This document shows, in pieces, positions 1 through 10,039 of a DNA stretch of 25,073 nucleotides (the first letter of the stretch is position 1; the number at the start of each line of letters is the position of its first letter). The stretch comes from Octopus sinensis (lineage: Eukaryota), in NCBI RefSeq assembly GCF_006345805.1, contig NW_021836235.1, positions 1 to 25,073 on the forward strand, in the 5' to 3' direction. The position numbers and the translations under genes were made by a program. Under the pieces are notes generated by a model that was not told the origin of the DNA, ran no database searches, and saw only the letters and a list, made by a program, of their open reading frames with translations.

Positions 1-210
1 AATATACACACACATATACATATATATGTATATAATATAAATGTATACACACACACCATAATACCTGCCTATGCATACATGCATATGTACTTACATTCAT
101 TCTTAGCTACAGACAAATATATATATGCACATACATACATACAAACGGATATAAATACATAGCATATATATATTCTACACATGTCTGACGAATGTGTATA
201 TATATTGATC
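1..210. repeat. Degenerate (TA)n/(CA)n microsatellite
   Basis: Mixed TATA/TACA/CACA runs. Confidence 0.85.
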
Positions 211-540
211 AAAGACTATATATATATCCTGTTTGTATTTGACATGGATTTTTCCAATCACAAAAACCTTCTCTTCTCTTCACACAAGTTTTAGAGCTTT
301 TGATTAAAACAACATTTAAATGCGACCGAGATAAATACGATAAAATTCGACGAAAATACGATACCAAACAAAAACAATATTTTCTGTTAAATTTTGGAAT
401 ATAGAACAACACATTACTATAAAAATCTTCAAAGACCAATATCTGCTACAACAAACAAAAAACCACAGCAAAACTGCAACGGCAGCAACAAAAGTTCTCT
501 CTTTGGTATAATTTACTATAAAAATACCAAACTGTTGACT

Positions 541-629
541 TTGTCTTTCATGTCCCACACTTTGTCTCTTTCTCTCTTTTTCTCTCTTTCTTTCTGCATT
601 TTTCTCTGTTCTTTCATTGTTATTCTCTT

Positions 630-671
<42 letters not shown>

Positions 672-700
672 TTTCTGTCTTTCTCTTTCGTTTTTCTCTT
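541..700. repeat. Pyrimidine tract with (CT)n microsatellite
   Basis: Perfect CT run ~632-668 inside a T/C-rich stretch. Confidence 0.9.
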
Positions 701-867
701 ATTTACCAAGCAGAATTTGGTGCCGATCTTGGTAAAGGAAATCATTGGAAAGATCGTCTTCTTTTGCTTCTTCTCATCTCTTTAGTTAGTTTTAGTTCTT
801 GGAATCAGAAATGGGTTGGAACTGGATAAAGAAATTCTGAATTTGGTGGAAACAGCACGGAGCTATC

Positions 868-1340
868 ATGTGTGTATGTGTGTGTGCATAGGTGTGAGTT
901 CGTGTGTGTGTGTGTTTATATGTATGTGTATGTATGTACATATGTGTATGTCGCCATGTGTATATATCTACTTGTATGTATGTGTATGTGTCTATATCTA
1001 TATAAGTATATGTGCATGTGTGTGTGTATGTATATCTGTATATATGTTCTTGTATGTATGTATATGTGTGTGTGTATGTATTCATGTGTGTGAGTGCATG
1101 TGTATGTGTATCTATATATATATGTATATATGTGCATGTATACATATATGTGTATATGCGTGTGTGTGTATACACGTGTGTGTGTATGTATATATGTATA
1201 TATGATCTTGTACGTATATGTGTGCATGTATATATGTGTGTGTGTGTGTGTGCGTGTGCATGTGTATGTGTATCTATATATGTATATATGTGCATGTATA
1301 CGTATATGTGTATATGCATGTGTGTGCGCATGCGTGTGCA
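868..1340. repeat. Compound (TG)n/(TA)n microsatellite
   Basis: Alternating purine-pyrimidine sequence; the source of the VCVYIY and HTHIY pseudo-ORFs. Confidence 0.95.
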
Positions 1341-1496
1341 AGTGTGGTGGTCGGGGAGAGGAGTGGTGGGTAAGTGTGAGTGGGTGTTTTCGTCTTTCAG
1401 TTCTCTAAGTTAAAAGCTTCAAATTTGAAGCGTTTGAAAGCCATGCATCATTGTTAGGGGGGGCTTTTGTTGTTCTTCTTCTTATTGTTAAGTATC

Positions 1497-2266
1497 ATTA
1501 TTGTTGTTGTTGTTGTTGCTCTGGTGGTATTGTCCTTAGTATTTTTCGTTGTGGTGGTAGTAATGGTCATGGCGGTGGTGGTGGCGGTGGTGGTGGCGGT
1601 GGTGGTGGCGGTGGTGGTGGCGGTGGTGGTGGCGGTGGTGGTGGCGGTGGTGGTGGCAGTGGTGGTGGCGGTGGCACCATTGTTTGCACTGATGGAGTGG
1701 TTGAGGCATTGTTCTTCATCATACTGATGACAACGATGATAATGATGATGAGGAGGTGGCGGCGACAAGGCTGGTATGCTGATTCTGATGATGATGATGA
1801 CGGTGGTGGTGGTGGTGGTGGTGGTGGTGGTGGTGATGATGATGATGATGATGATGATGGTGATGATGATGTTGGTGTTGGTGGTGGTGGTGGTGGTAGT
1901 GGTGGTGGTGATGGCAACAATGATGATGAAGATGTTGACAGTTGCTGTGGGGTGTACAGAGTGAGTTGGGGAGTTGACAATGATGATGATGGTGATGGCG
2001 ATGACGACAATGATGATGATAATGATAATGATGGTGACGGTATTGGTGCCAACTTCAGCGTTGTTAATGCTGTTGTCGTGCTGCCGATGATGATGATGAC
2101 GATGATGATGATTTCCTTTATTTTTTTTTTTTAATAATGACAACAAAAACTATATCAACAACAATAAGAAGAAGAACAAGAAAATCAAGAATAACAAGAA
2201 CAGCAACAACAACAACAGCAACAATGACAACAATAACAAAGTAATAATAATAATAATAATAATAAT
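1497..2266. repeat. Mosaic of trinucleotide repeats (GTT, GGT/GGC, GAT, AAC, AAT)
   Basis: Includes a 12-bp higher-order unit GGCGGTGGTGGT at ~1571-1675, pure (GGT)n and (GAT)n at 1788-1870, and (AAT)n at 2243-2266. Confidence 0.95.
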
Positions 2267-2529
2267 CTGCTATTTTTGATCTATTCATTTCTTGGAGGAC
2301 CCTTGCAAAATGCTTTAGTTTTCTCTTATTCTTGCTTCATAGAAAACACTGTATCCATCATACCACCTTACTAAGCTAATCTAAACAACACAACCCAACC
2401 ATGACCACTACCACATCAAACCACTGCCAATACTGAATATTTCAATAAGTTTCTTGTGAAACACCACGTTCAAACACTCACCGATAAACATTCGTAGATT
2501 CGCTCAAACACACAGATAGACAAAGACAT

Positions 2530-2581
2530 ATGCATACATATAAAATATATATATATATATACACACACACAACATATTACA

Positions 2582-2660
<79 letters not shown>

Positions 2661-3013
2661 ATATAATATATATATATCTTATACATTTATTATATATATA
2701 TGTATGTATTATGTATGCATCTATTCATGTGTTGTGGTATGTAACACATATATGTACATATGTGTGTGTATACCTATATACGTATGTATATGCTTGTGAA
2801 TATATATATATATATGTACATATATATATAGAAATAAATATAGATATACATATATATGTATTATATATATACATACATAAATATGAATATATGTGTGTGT
2901 GTATGTATATATATATTTACTCACACACACACATATATATGTGCATATAAATGTATATATACATATGTATACATGTTAATGTACATACATACATATACAT
3001 AAATACATGCATG

Positions 3014-3053
<40 letters not shown>

Positions 3054-3440
3054 CGTGTGTGTGTATACACACTCACACACATGTACTTAGTCACACATAA
3101 ACATACACACACTCACAAATAAACAAACACCAGCCATAACAATGACACTGCTTTCAATGTTTCAAGTTCAGAGCTTTCATTTGAAACAATTCAAAGACCC
3201 ACCACCACAACCACCCCGTATACACTCACATATACACGCACGCATACATACATATACACTCACATATACATACATACATGCATACATATATATATATACA
3301 TACATATATACAGACAGGTAGGCAGGCAGCAAGCAATTCAGCCTGCTGTCATTAACCAGATTAAAAACAGAGTTCATGTAATATATATATGTGTACCATG
3401 TATATATATATATATATATACTGTATGTATATATATATTT
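2530..3440. repeat. Compound (TA)n/(TG)n/(CA)n microsatellite field
   Basis: Dinucleotide runs interrupted by short unique spacers. Confidence 0.9.
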
Positions 3441-3934
3441 CAAAATATCTAAAGAATACGCACAGATCATGAATGGCTAAAAGTTAAGTGAATCGTCCAA
3501 CCTCGCTACGACTACCTTCTTTCTTGCACTTATCCTTATTCTTTCTCTATTCTTCAATTTCCATCTCATTGTATTGTCACTCATTCTTTCAGTATTCCCT
3601 CATTACCCCGTCTAGCTCAAACATTTTTTTTTTCCGTTTAGACTTGTCTCCAGGTTCATAGCCACTCTGATTTTTCAATTTTTCGTTTAGTATTGTCTCC
3701 CGATTCATACAAACCCATTTGCTAGCTCACGATTAACAGAACCTCTTTACTCAGCTACGGTGCACCCGCCCTCCCACCCCCACCACGCATGCCGGAAGTT
3801 CCTATTCTCTTCCATTCCGGGGTTGCTTCCCATGAAGACTGCAAATGCTCTCACCATCCATACCCCTCCCTACCCCTAGTCTCGACCTATGTAAGGTAAT
3901 GTTCATACAGTGCAAAATATGAAAGGCTAGCGTT

Positions 3935-6900
3935 ATGCAGGTTGTACTGAAGGCTACTTTACTACTTCATTTCTTGCACATGAATTCTGCCAAATGCGAG
4001 CTTTCTTTTCAGGTACACGAAGCTACTGTCCACCGTCCCAGGGTCTCTAGAGCCCATGCCTTCCACACCCTCAGGGTTGGCACCCTCAACGTTGGCACTC
4101 TGAAAGGTAGGTCTGGTGAGATAGTCGAGATGCTTGAACGGAGATGTGTGGATATATGTTGCATGCAAGAAATAAGGTGGAGAGGAGGATCAGCTAGGTT
4201 CCTCACAGGCAAGGAACGCAGGTACAAGATTTTCTGGGCAGGGAACACTGACGGGGTTGGTGGCGTGGGTATACTTATCGCTGAGAAATGGGTAGATAAA
4301 GTAATTGAGGTAATCAGAGTAAGTGACAGAATACTTAAGATTAGATTAGTGCTTCATCATAGTTTAGCAACCATTATATCAGCCTATGCTCCTCAGTCGG
4401 GGCTACCCGATGGACAGAAAGACCGATTCTATGACACTCTACTGCAGACTACCTCATTGGCGAACGACAGAGACCTTATCTTTGTGGCTGGTGACTTCAA
4501 TGGTCACGTTGGACGACATGCTGGGGGCTTCCATGGCGTACATGGAGGCTATGGCTATGGCTCCCGCAACGAGGAGGGAACCAGGCTGCTGGAGTTCTGC
4601 GATGCAAATAATCTTATGATTTGCAACACTAACTTCAGGAAACCTACCAGCCACCTAGTCACTTACCAATCGGGCCAACATACCAGCCAAATTGACTACA
4701 TCCTTACAAGGCAAAGGGAGAGATGGCTGAAGAATGTACCCCACAACATAGACTGGTAGTTAGTGACTTTAGGATCAGGACTAGGAGGACAACCAGAAGA
4801 CGACAAATATGGAGAAGAAGGATCTGGAAGCTTAAAGATCCTGCAAATGGACAGAGATTTAGGGACATATTACTTGAAGCCTCTGACGAAGTAGAAGGGG
4901 ATAGAGCATCACAGGGGGTAGAAGACAGCTGGACGTTTCTAAGGGACAACCTGCTGAGAGCCACTGACCAGATCTGTGGCTGGTGCAAAGTCCCCTCTCG
5001 ACCTAGAATAACGTGGTGGTGGAACAATATTGTAGACAGGGCTATTAGAGAAAAGAGACAGGCTTGGAAGGTCTGGAAAAATGGGGGTAGCAGGGAATTG
5101 TATCAGACTGCCAAAAGAGAAGCTAGGAGACAGGTTTATTTAGCCAGAGGGGAAGCAGATAAGAAAAAATTTGCCAATGTTCTGCGCCGTGAGGACCAAG
5201 ACTGGAGGTGTTTCGTGTTGCAAGACAGTGTTTGAGAGAGAATCGTGATGTGGTAGGAGAGAAGTGTGTTCGCATGGAAGATGGTTCACTTGCGCTAAAT
5301 GAGGATGCGAAGAGAGAGTTTGGAGATGCCACTATGAAAGGTTGCTGAATGAAGAAAATGAATGGGATAAAGAGAGTGCCGAATGTTGACCCAACAGAGG
5401 ACCAGCTATCCGAGTTGATAGTTCTGTGGTAGCTAAGGCAATTAGAAGCATGAAGACAGGGAAAGCCCCAGGCCCATCAGGAATCACTGCAGAGATGCTC
5501 AAAATGTCTGGTAGTGTCGGCTATAGCCTAGTCACCCATATAGTTAATCAGGTGATACACAAAGGGGTCATACCCAATGACTGGTGTAGCAATAATAGTC
5601 AACTGCTACAAAGGTAAAGGTGATGCCCTAGATACAAATAACTACAGAGGTATCAAGCTGTTGGACCAGGTGATGAAGGTTACGGAGAGGGTCATAGCCC
5701 AACTAATTAGAGAGAGAGTTAGTTTAGATGAGATGCAGTTTGGGTTTGTGCCAGGGAAAAGTACTACTGATGCTATATTCCTGGTAAGGCAGCTGCAGGA
5801 GAAATACCTAGCCAAAGATAAGCCCCTGTACCTGGCTTTTGTGACATGGAGAAAGCCTTCGACAGGGTCCCCCGATCCCTTATCTGGTGGGCAATGAGAA
5901 AACTAGGGATAGATGAATGGTTAGTGAGAGCTGTGCGGCCATGTATAGGGACGCCGCTAGTAGGGTGAGGGTTGGAAATGAGGACAGTGAAGAATTCCGG
6001 GTAGAGGTAGGGGTCCACCAAGGCTCAGTACTCAGCCCCCTCCTATTTATCATAGTCCTCCAGGCAATAACGGAGGATTCAAGACAGGATGCCCTTGGAG
6101 CTCCTCTATGCTGATGACCTTGCTCTAATTGCTGAGTCGCTATCAGAACTGGAGGAGAAGTTTCAGGTGTGGAAACAAGGATTAGAATCGAAGGGCCTCA
6201 GAGTCAATCTAGCTAAAACCAAAGTCGTAATCAGTAGGAAGGTAGACAAATCACAAACACCTTCAGGTAGATGGCCTGCTCGATCTGTAGAAAAGGTGTA
6301 GGTTAGAAACTCTATAAGATGCACCAAGTGTAAGCTATGGACACATAAGAGATGCAGCAATGTCAAGGAAGGCTAACTAGGAAGATGGTTTTTGTATGTG
6401 GCAGATGCTCAGGAACAATAAACACTGAAAATGCTCTGAGACCAACTTCCGTCACTTTCCAGGGAAAAAACTAGAAATAGTTGATAGTTTCCGTTACCTA
6501 GGTGACCAAGTCAGCAGCGGGGGTGGGTGTGCTGAAAGTGTAACTGCTAGAGTAAGAATAGCTTGGGCAAAGTTCAGAGAGCTCTTACCTCTGCTGGTGA
6601 CAAAAGGCCTCTCGCACAGAGTGAAAGGCAGACTGTATGATGCGTGTGTACGAACAGCCATGCTACATGGCAGTGAAACATGGGCCGTGACTGCTGAGGA
6701 TATGCGTAAGCTCGCTAGAAATGAAGCCAGTATGCTCCGAGGATTGTAATGCCGGTACTCACACTCGGCAGAGTGTAAGTACCTGAGAGAAAAGCTGGAC
6801 CTAAGAAGCATCAGTTGTGGTGTGCAAGAGAGACGTTTGCGCTGGTATGGTCATGTGGCGAGAATGGATGAAGATAGTTGTGTGAAAAAGTGCCACACCC

Positions 6901-7058
6901 TAGCGGTTGAGGGAACCTGTGGAAGAGGCAGACCCAGGAAAACCTGGGACGAGGTGGTGAAGCACGACCTTCGAACTTTAGGTCTCACTGAGGAAATGAC
7001 TAGAGACCGAGACCTCTGGAAGTGTGCTGTGCGCGAGAAGACCCGGCAGGACAAGTGA
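3935..7058 (+). pseudogene. RTE ORF2: APE endonuclease, reverse transcriptase and PHD-like zinc finger; frameshifted in this sequence
   Basis: APE motifs GTLNVG, MQEIRW, SAYAPQ, GDFNGH, SQIDYIL. RT motifs KAPGPSG, NYRGIKLL, QFGF, QGSVLSPLLF, YADD (6107-6118), YLG. C-terminal RRLRWYGHVARM and GRGRPRKTW; stop at 7056-7058. Reconstructed across multiple frameshifts. Confidence 0.93.
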
Positions 7059-7127
7059 GTCCACAACCCGTGGCCTTCTACATGGGATGGAGCCAGCCTA
7101 CGTATGCACCTTCCCTTCTTGGACACA

Positions 7128-7335
7128 AAACTCTACTTGTGAAGACGTGTTGAGGCAAGTGAGGATCAGAATCGAAATCGATCAATGGAAATTGCGGATG
7201 TGCTACCAGTGCCGGTGGCATGTCGAAACTCTGCTTGTGAAGACCCATTGAGGCAAGTGAGGATCAGAATCGAAATCGATCAATGGAAATCGATCAATGG
7301 AAATTGCAGATGTGTTACCAGTGCCGGTGGCATGT
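7128..7335 (+). repeat. ~96-bp tandem duplication in the RTE 3' UTR, with a nested 14-bp duplication
   Basis: AAACTCT(A/G)CTTGTGAAGAC...CCAGTGCCGGTGGCATGT occurs at 7128-7223 and 7226-7335; the second copy repeats GAAATCGATCAATG. Confidence 0.9.
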
Positions 7336-7663
7336 AAGAGAACTTTCCGTTTCGCGACCGTTGCCAGCACCGCCCCGTTTCGTGTCCGTTGCCAGCCTCG
7401 CCTGGCCCTCGTGCCGTGGCACATAAAAAGCACCATCCGTTCGTGGCCGTTGCCAGCTCTGTCTGGCACCAGTGCGGGTGGCACGTAAAAAGCACCCACT
7501 ACACTCACGGAGTGGTTGGCGTTAGGAAGGGCATCCAGCCGTAGAAACACTGCCAGATTTGACTGGGCCTGATGAAGCCTTCTGGCTTCACAGACCCCAG
7601 TAGAACCGTCCAACCCATGCTAGCATGGAAAACGGACGCTAAATGATGATGATGATGATGATG

Positions 7664-7870
7664 TGTATACCACCTTCATCCTCATCATCGTCACCGTCAC
7701 TACCGTTACAATTATCAACCTCAGCATCATCATCACCACCATCACCATCAACATCACTATCATTACTTCATCACCGTCATTACCATCATCATCACAGCAT
7801 CATCACCATTACAACCATCGCCATCACAACCATCATCATCATCATCATCATCACTATTACCACCATGAAC
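7664..7870. repeat. Degenerate (ATC/ACC)n trinucleotide tract
   Basis: CATCATCAC-type runs; the source of His/Ile/Ser-rich pseudo-ORFs. Confidence 0.85.
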
Positions 7871-8015
7871 TAATGACAGAGTCTCCATATTGTCTTCCAT
7901 TCTGCCAGAAATAACAGCCAAATCTCCCTAAAGTCGTTGTTTAGCTAGTTGAGTCAATTGTGGCAATTATTCCATCTCTTAACACAGGCCTGCAGGTTTC
8001 AGAGTCTCCCTTTGT

Positions 8016-8073
8016 AACCATATGGTCTTCAGTTCAGTCCCACTGCATGGCATCTTGGGCTAGTGTCTTCTAC
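8016..8073 (+). mobile_element. Degenerate head/core fragment of SINE family 1
   Basis: AACCATATGGT..GTTCAGTCCCACTGCATGGCATCTTGGGCTAGTGTCTTCTAC aligns to the copies at 24599 and 9152. Confidence 0.75.
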
Positions 8074-8109
8074 AATGGACCCTCAGCCTACCAATGTTTT
8101 GTAGGCAGG

Positions 8110-8348
8110 AGGCATGACTTTCGAACATTGGGTCTTACCGAGGCAATGACTAGTGACCAAGACCTTTTGAGATATGTTGTGCTTGAGAAGACCCGACAAG
8201 CCAAATGAGACCATAGCCAGTGATCTATGCCAGTGGGTGTAACGAGCCCATTTATGAATACTCCTCATTCATTGGACCATAAACTTTGCTTGTGAAGATC
8301 TATTGAGGCAAGTGAAATCAAAATCACTGACGTGGCCAATGACAGTAC
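8110..8348 (+). mobile_element. 5'-truncated 3' fragment of a second, diverged RTE subfamily
   Basis: Encodes HDFRTLGLTEAMTSDQDLLRYVVLEKTRQAK*, compared with HDLRTLGLTEEMTRDRDLWKCAVREKTRQDK* in the main RTE. Its UTR shares the CTTGTGAAGA..TTGAGGCAAGTGA block with 7226-7265. Confidence 0.85.
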
Positions 8349-8994
8349 AAATGCAATTAACAGGACATAACAACAGGTGTCTTTCGACTAAGGACAAATT
8401 AAATTAAGCTGGCATGTGTGGAAGTAAAGCCTTACAGCAGGGACATAAGATTTCAGTCACTGGAAGGAATTTAGATATTGCATGGATGGTAGTCGAACCA
8501 AGAAAGAAAGGTCAGGCTTGGCCAAACACCAGTCACGTTGAGATAGAAGAGAGAGAGGTAGAGGCAGGGGGATAGAAGAATTAAGGAGGGTGAGAAAAAA
8601 AAGAAAGGACACAGTGGAGTGAAAGAGGAGGTAAAGTGAGCATGAAGAGGAGGCCAGGAAATGTGAGAGAGGTGGAACAAAAGAACAAAGAGTGGAATAA
8701 AATATTTACTTATATATATATATAAATTAAATTAGAGATAAAACCACTATTAGGCAACTCAAACAGTGATAGACATAAACCAAAACATAAAAAACAAAAA
8801 ATAAAAAATAAATATAATTAATATAATATACAAAATATATATAAAATTTAAAATTTAAATTATTAAAATTTAGAATTTGTAAATTTATATATATAAATTT
8901 TTATATTTTTATATTTTAAATTTATATATTTTTAAACTTTTAATTTTTTTTTTTATATACTCCCTTATATTATATATATATATATATATATATA

Positions 8995-9152
8995 ACAAAC
9001 TTCTTTCAGTTTCCATCTACAAAATCCACTCATAGTTTTAGTTGTCCTGAGGCTATAGTAGAAGACACTTGCCCAAGGTGCCATGCAATGGGACTGAACC
9101 CAGAACCATGTGGTTGGGAAGCAAGCTTCTATCACACAGCCACTCCTGCACC
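8995..9152 (-). mobile_element. SINE family 1 (tRNA-like head + CORE-like domain), lacking the 3' module
   Basis: Reverse complement of GCAGGAGTGGCTGTGTG...GGCACCTTGGGCAAGTGTCTTCTACTATAGCC...GAAACTGAAAGAAG, ending in (TA)n. Confidence 0.88.
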
Positions 9153-9320
9153 TGATATATTTGTATATATTATTCTTAACAATGTTATTGACAGTGACTT
9201 TGTAGTTTTGGCCAGTTAAGTCATAATCTGACAATGGCTCAACTGGTCAAGACTTCGAAGTTACTATCAACAACATTCTTGTTTAAGAATAATAAATTTG
9301 TCCTCTACAGAAGTATAGAA

Positions 9321-9805
9321 GGATCTTTTCGGTTTGAACAGCAGTTCTTAACATAATTTCTAGGTAACTAAAAAATTTTAAACTTCGTATACTGGTAGAA
9401 TGTGTTTATAAAACAACATTTTCTCTTGGCTTTCTGGAGAAAATTCTGTAGTTTGTAAGATATTTCGTCTTTAATTTCTCGCATTTCGGCAACTAGTTAG
9501 GGTTAGGGATGGGGGAAGGGTATCTTTTTTTCTTCACAAATGTAAATAAACCCAATCTGTTTCTTAAACGAGGGACATATTCATACGGCAAAGAATGCTT
9601 TTTAACTCAATAGACACCAGTGATTGGTTGAAATTGCTGAAATGCAAGAAATCAAAGACGAAATATCTTACAAACTACAGAATTTTCTCAAGAAAGCCAA
9701 GAGAAAATGATGTTTTATAAACACATTCTACCAGTATACGAAGTTTAAAATTTTTTAGTTACCTAGAAATTATATTAAAAACTGCCGTTCAAACCGAAAA
9801 GATCC
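9321..9805. mobile_element. Mutator-like (MULE) non-autonomous MITE with ~172-bp TIRs and a 9-bp TSD
   Basis: Left arm 9321-9492 (GGATCTTTTCGGTTTGAAC...) is the near-perfect reverse complement of 9634-9805 (...GTTCAAACCGAAAAGATCC). Flanks AGTATAGAA (9312-9320) and AATATAGAA (9806-9814) match at 8/9. The MULE assignment is inferred from TIR and TSD length. Confidence 0.85.
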
Positions 9806-9910
9806 AATATAGAATAAGCAGTCAGATTTATGTAAAATTGTTTTTATGATAACTGAACATAAAAACAAGCATTAGATATATATGTGTGTGTATATAAGTC
9901 TACATGTGTG

Positions 9911-9980
9911 TGTGTGTGTTTCAGTGTGTGTGTTTCAGTGTGTGTGTTTCAGTGTGTGTGTTTCAGTGTGTGTGTTTCAG
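9911..9980 (+). repeat. Minisatellite (TGTGTGTGTTTCAG) x5
   Basis: Five exact 14-bp units. Confidence 0.95.
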
Positions 9981-10039
9981 TGTGTGTGTGATGACATTAA
10001 AAAATGAATGATGTCTGCATAAAAAAAAATTCTGCTGGT

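Larger units (their letters stand above)
3500..7663 (+). mobile_element. RTE-clade LINE retrotransposon, near full length, with (TGA)n tail
   Basis: Single long ORF2 (APE + RT), ~580-nt 3' UTR, tail TGATGATGA at 7643-7663. The 5' boundary is approximate and no TSD was found. Confidence 0.92.

Noticed and set aside
1325-1334. NRF1-like palindrome TGCGCATGCG
   Set aside because: Embedded in a TG/CA microsatellite where it can arise by chance.
792-1413. Overlapping HTHIY and VCVYM ORFs
   Set aside because: Translation of dinucleotide microsatellite; the same applies to 2530-3112, 19958-20474 and 23941-24518.
1451-2146. Gly/Asp-rich, Thr/Ile-rich and poly-Pro (formin FH1-like) ORFs of 161-230 aa
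   Set aside because: Open in several frames on both strands only because trinucleotide repeats lack stops; no non-repetitive domain.
7569-7593. CTGATGA followed by a hairpin, hammerhead-like
   Set aside because: The stem is followed by TCAC rather than GAAA; it is better explained as the RTE 3' stem-loop.
8360-8450. Possible decayed minus-strand hammerhead (CTGCTGTAAGGC ... GTCGAAAG)
   Set aside because: The core deviates from CUGANGA and no convincing stems are present.
8700-8990. Extremely AT-rich stretch with short palindromes
   Set aside because: Low complexity explains the self-complementarity; no defined ends or TSD.
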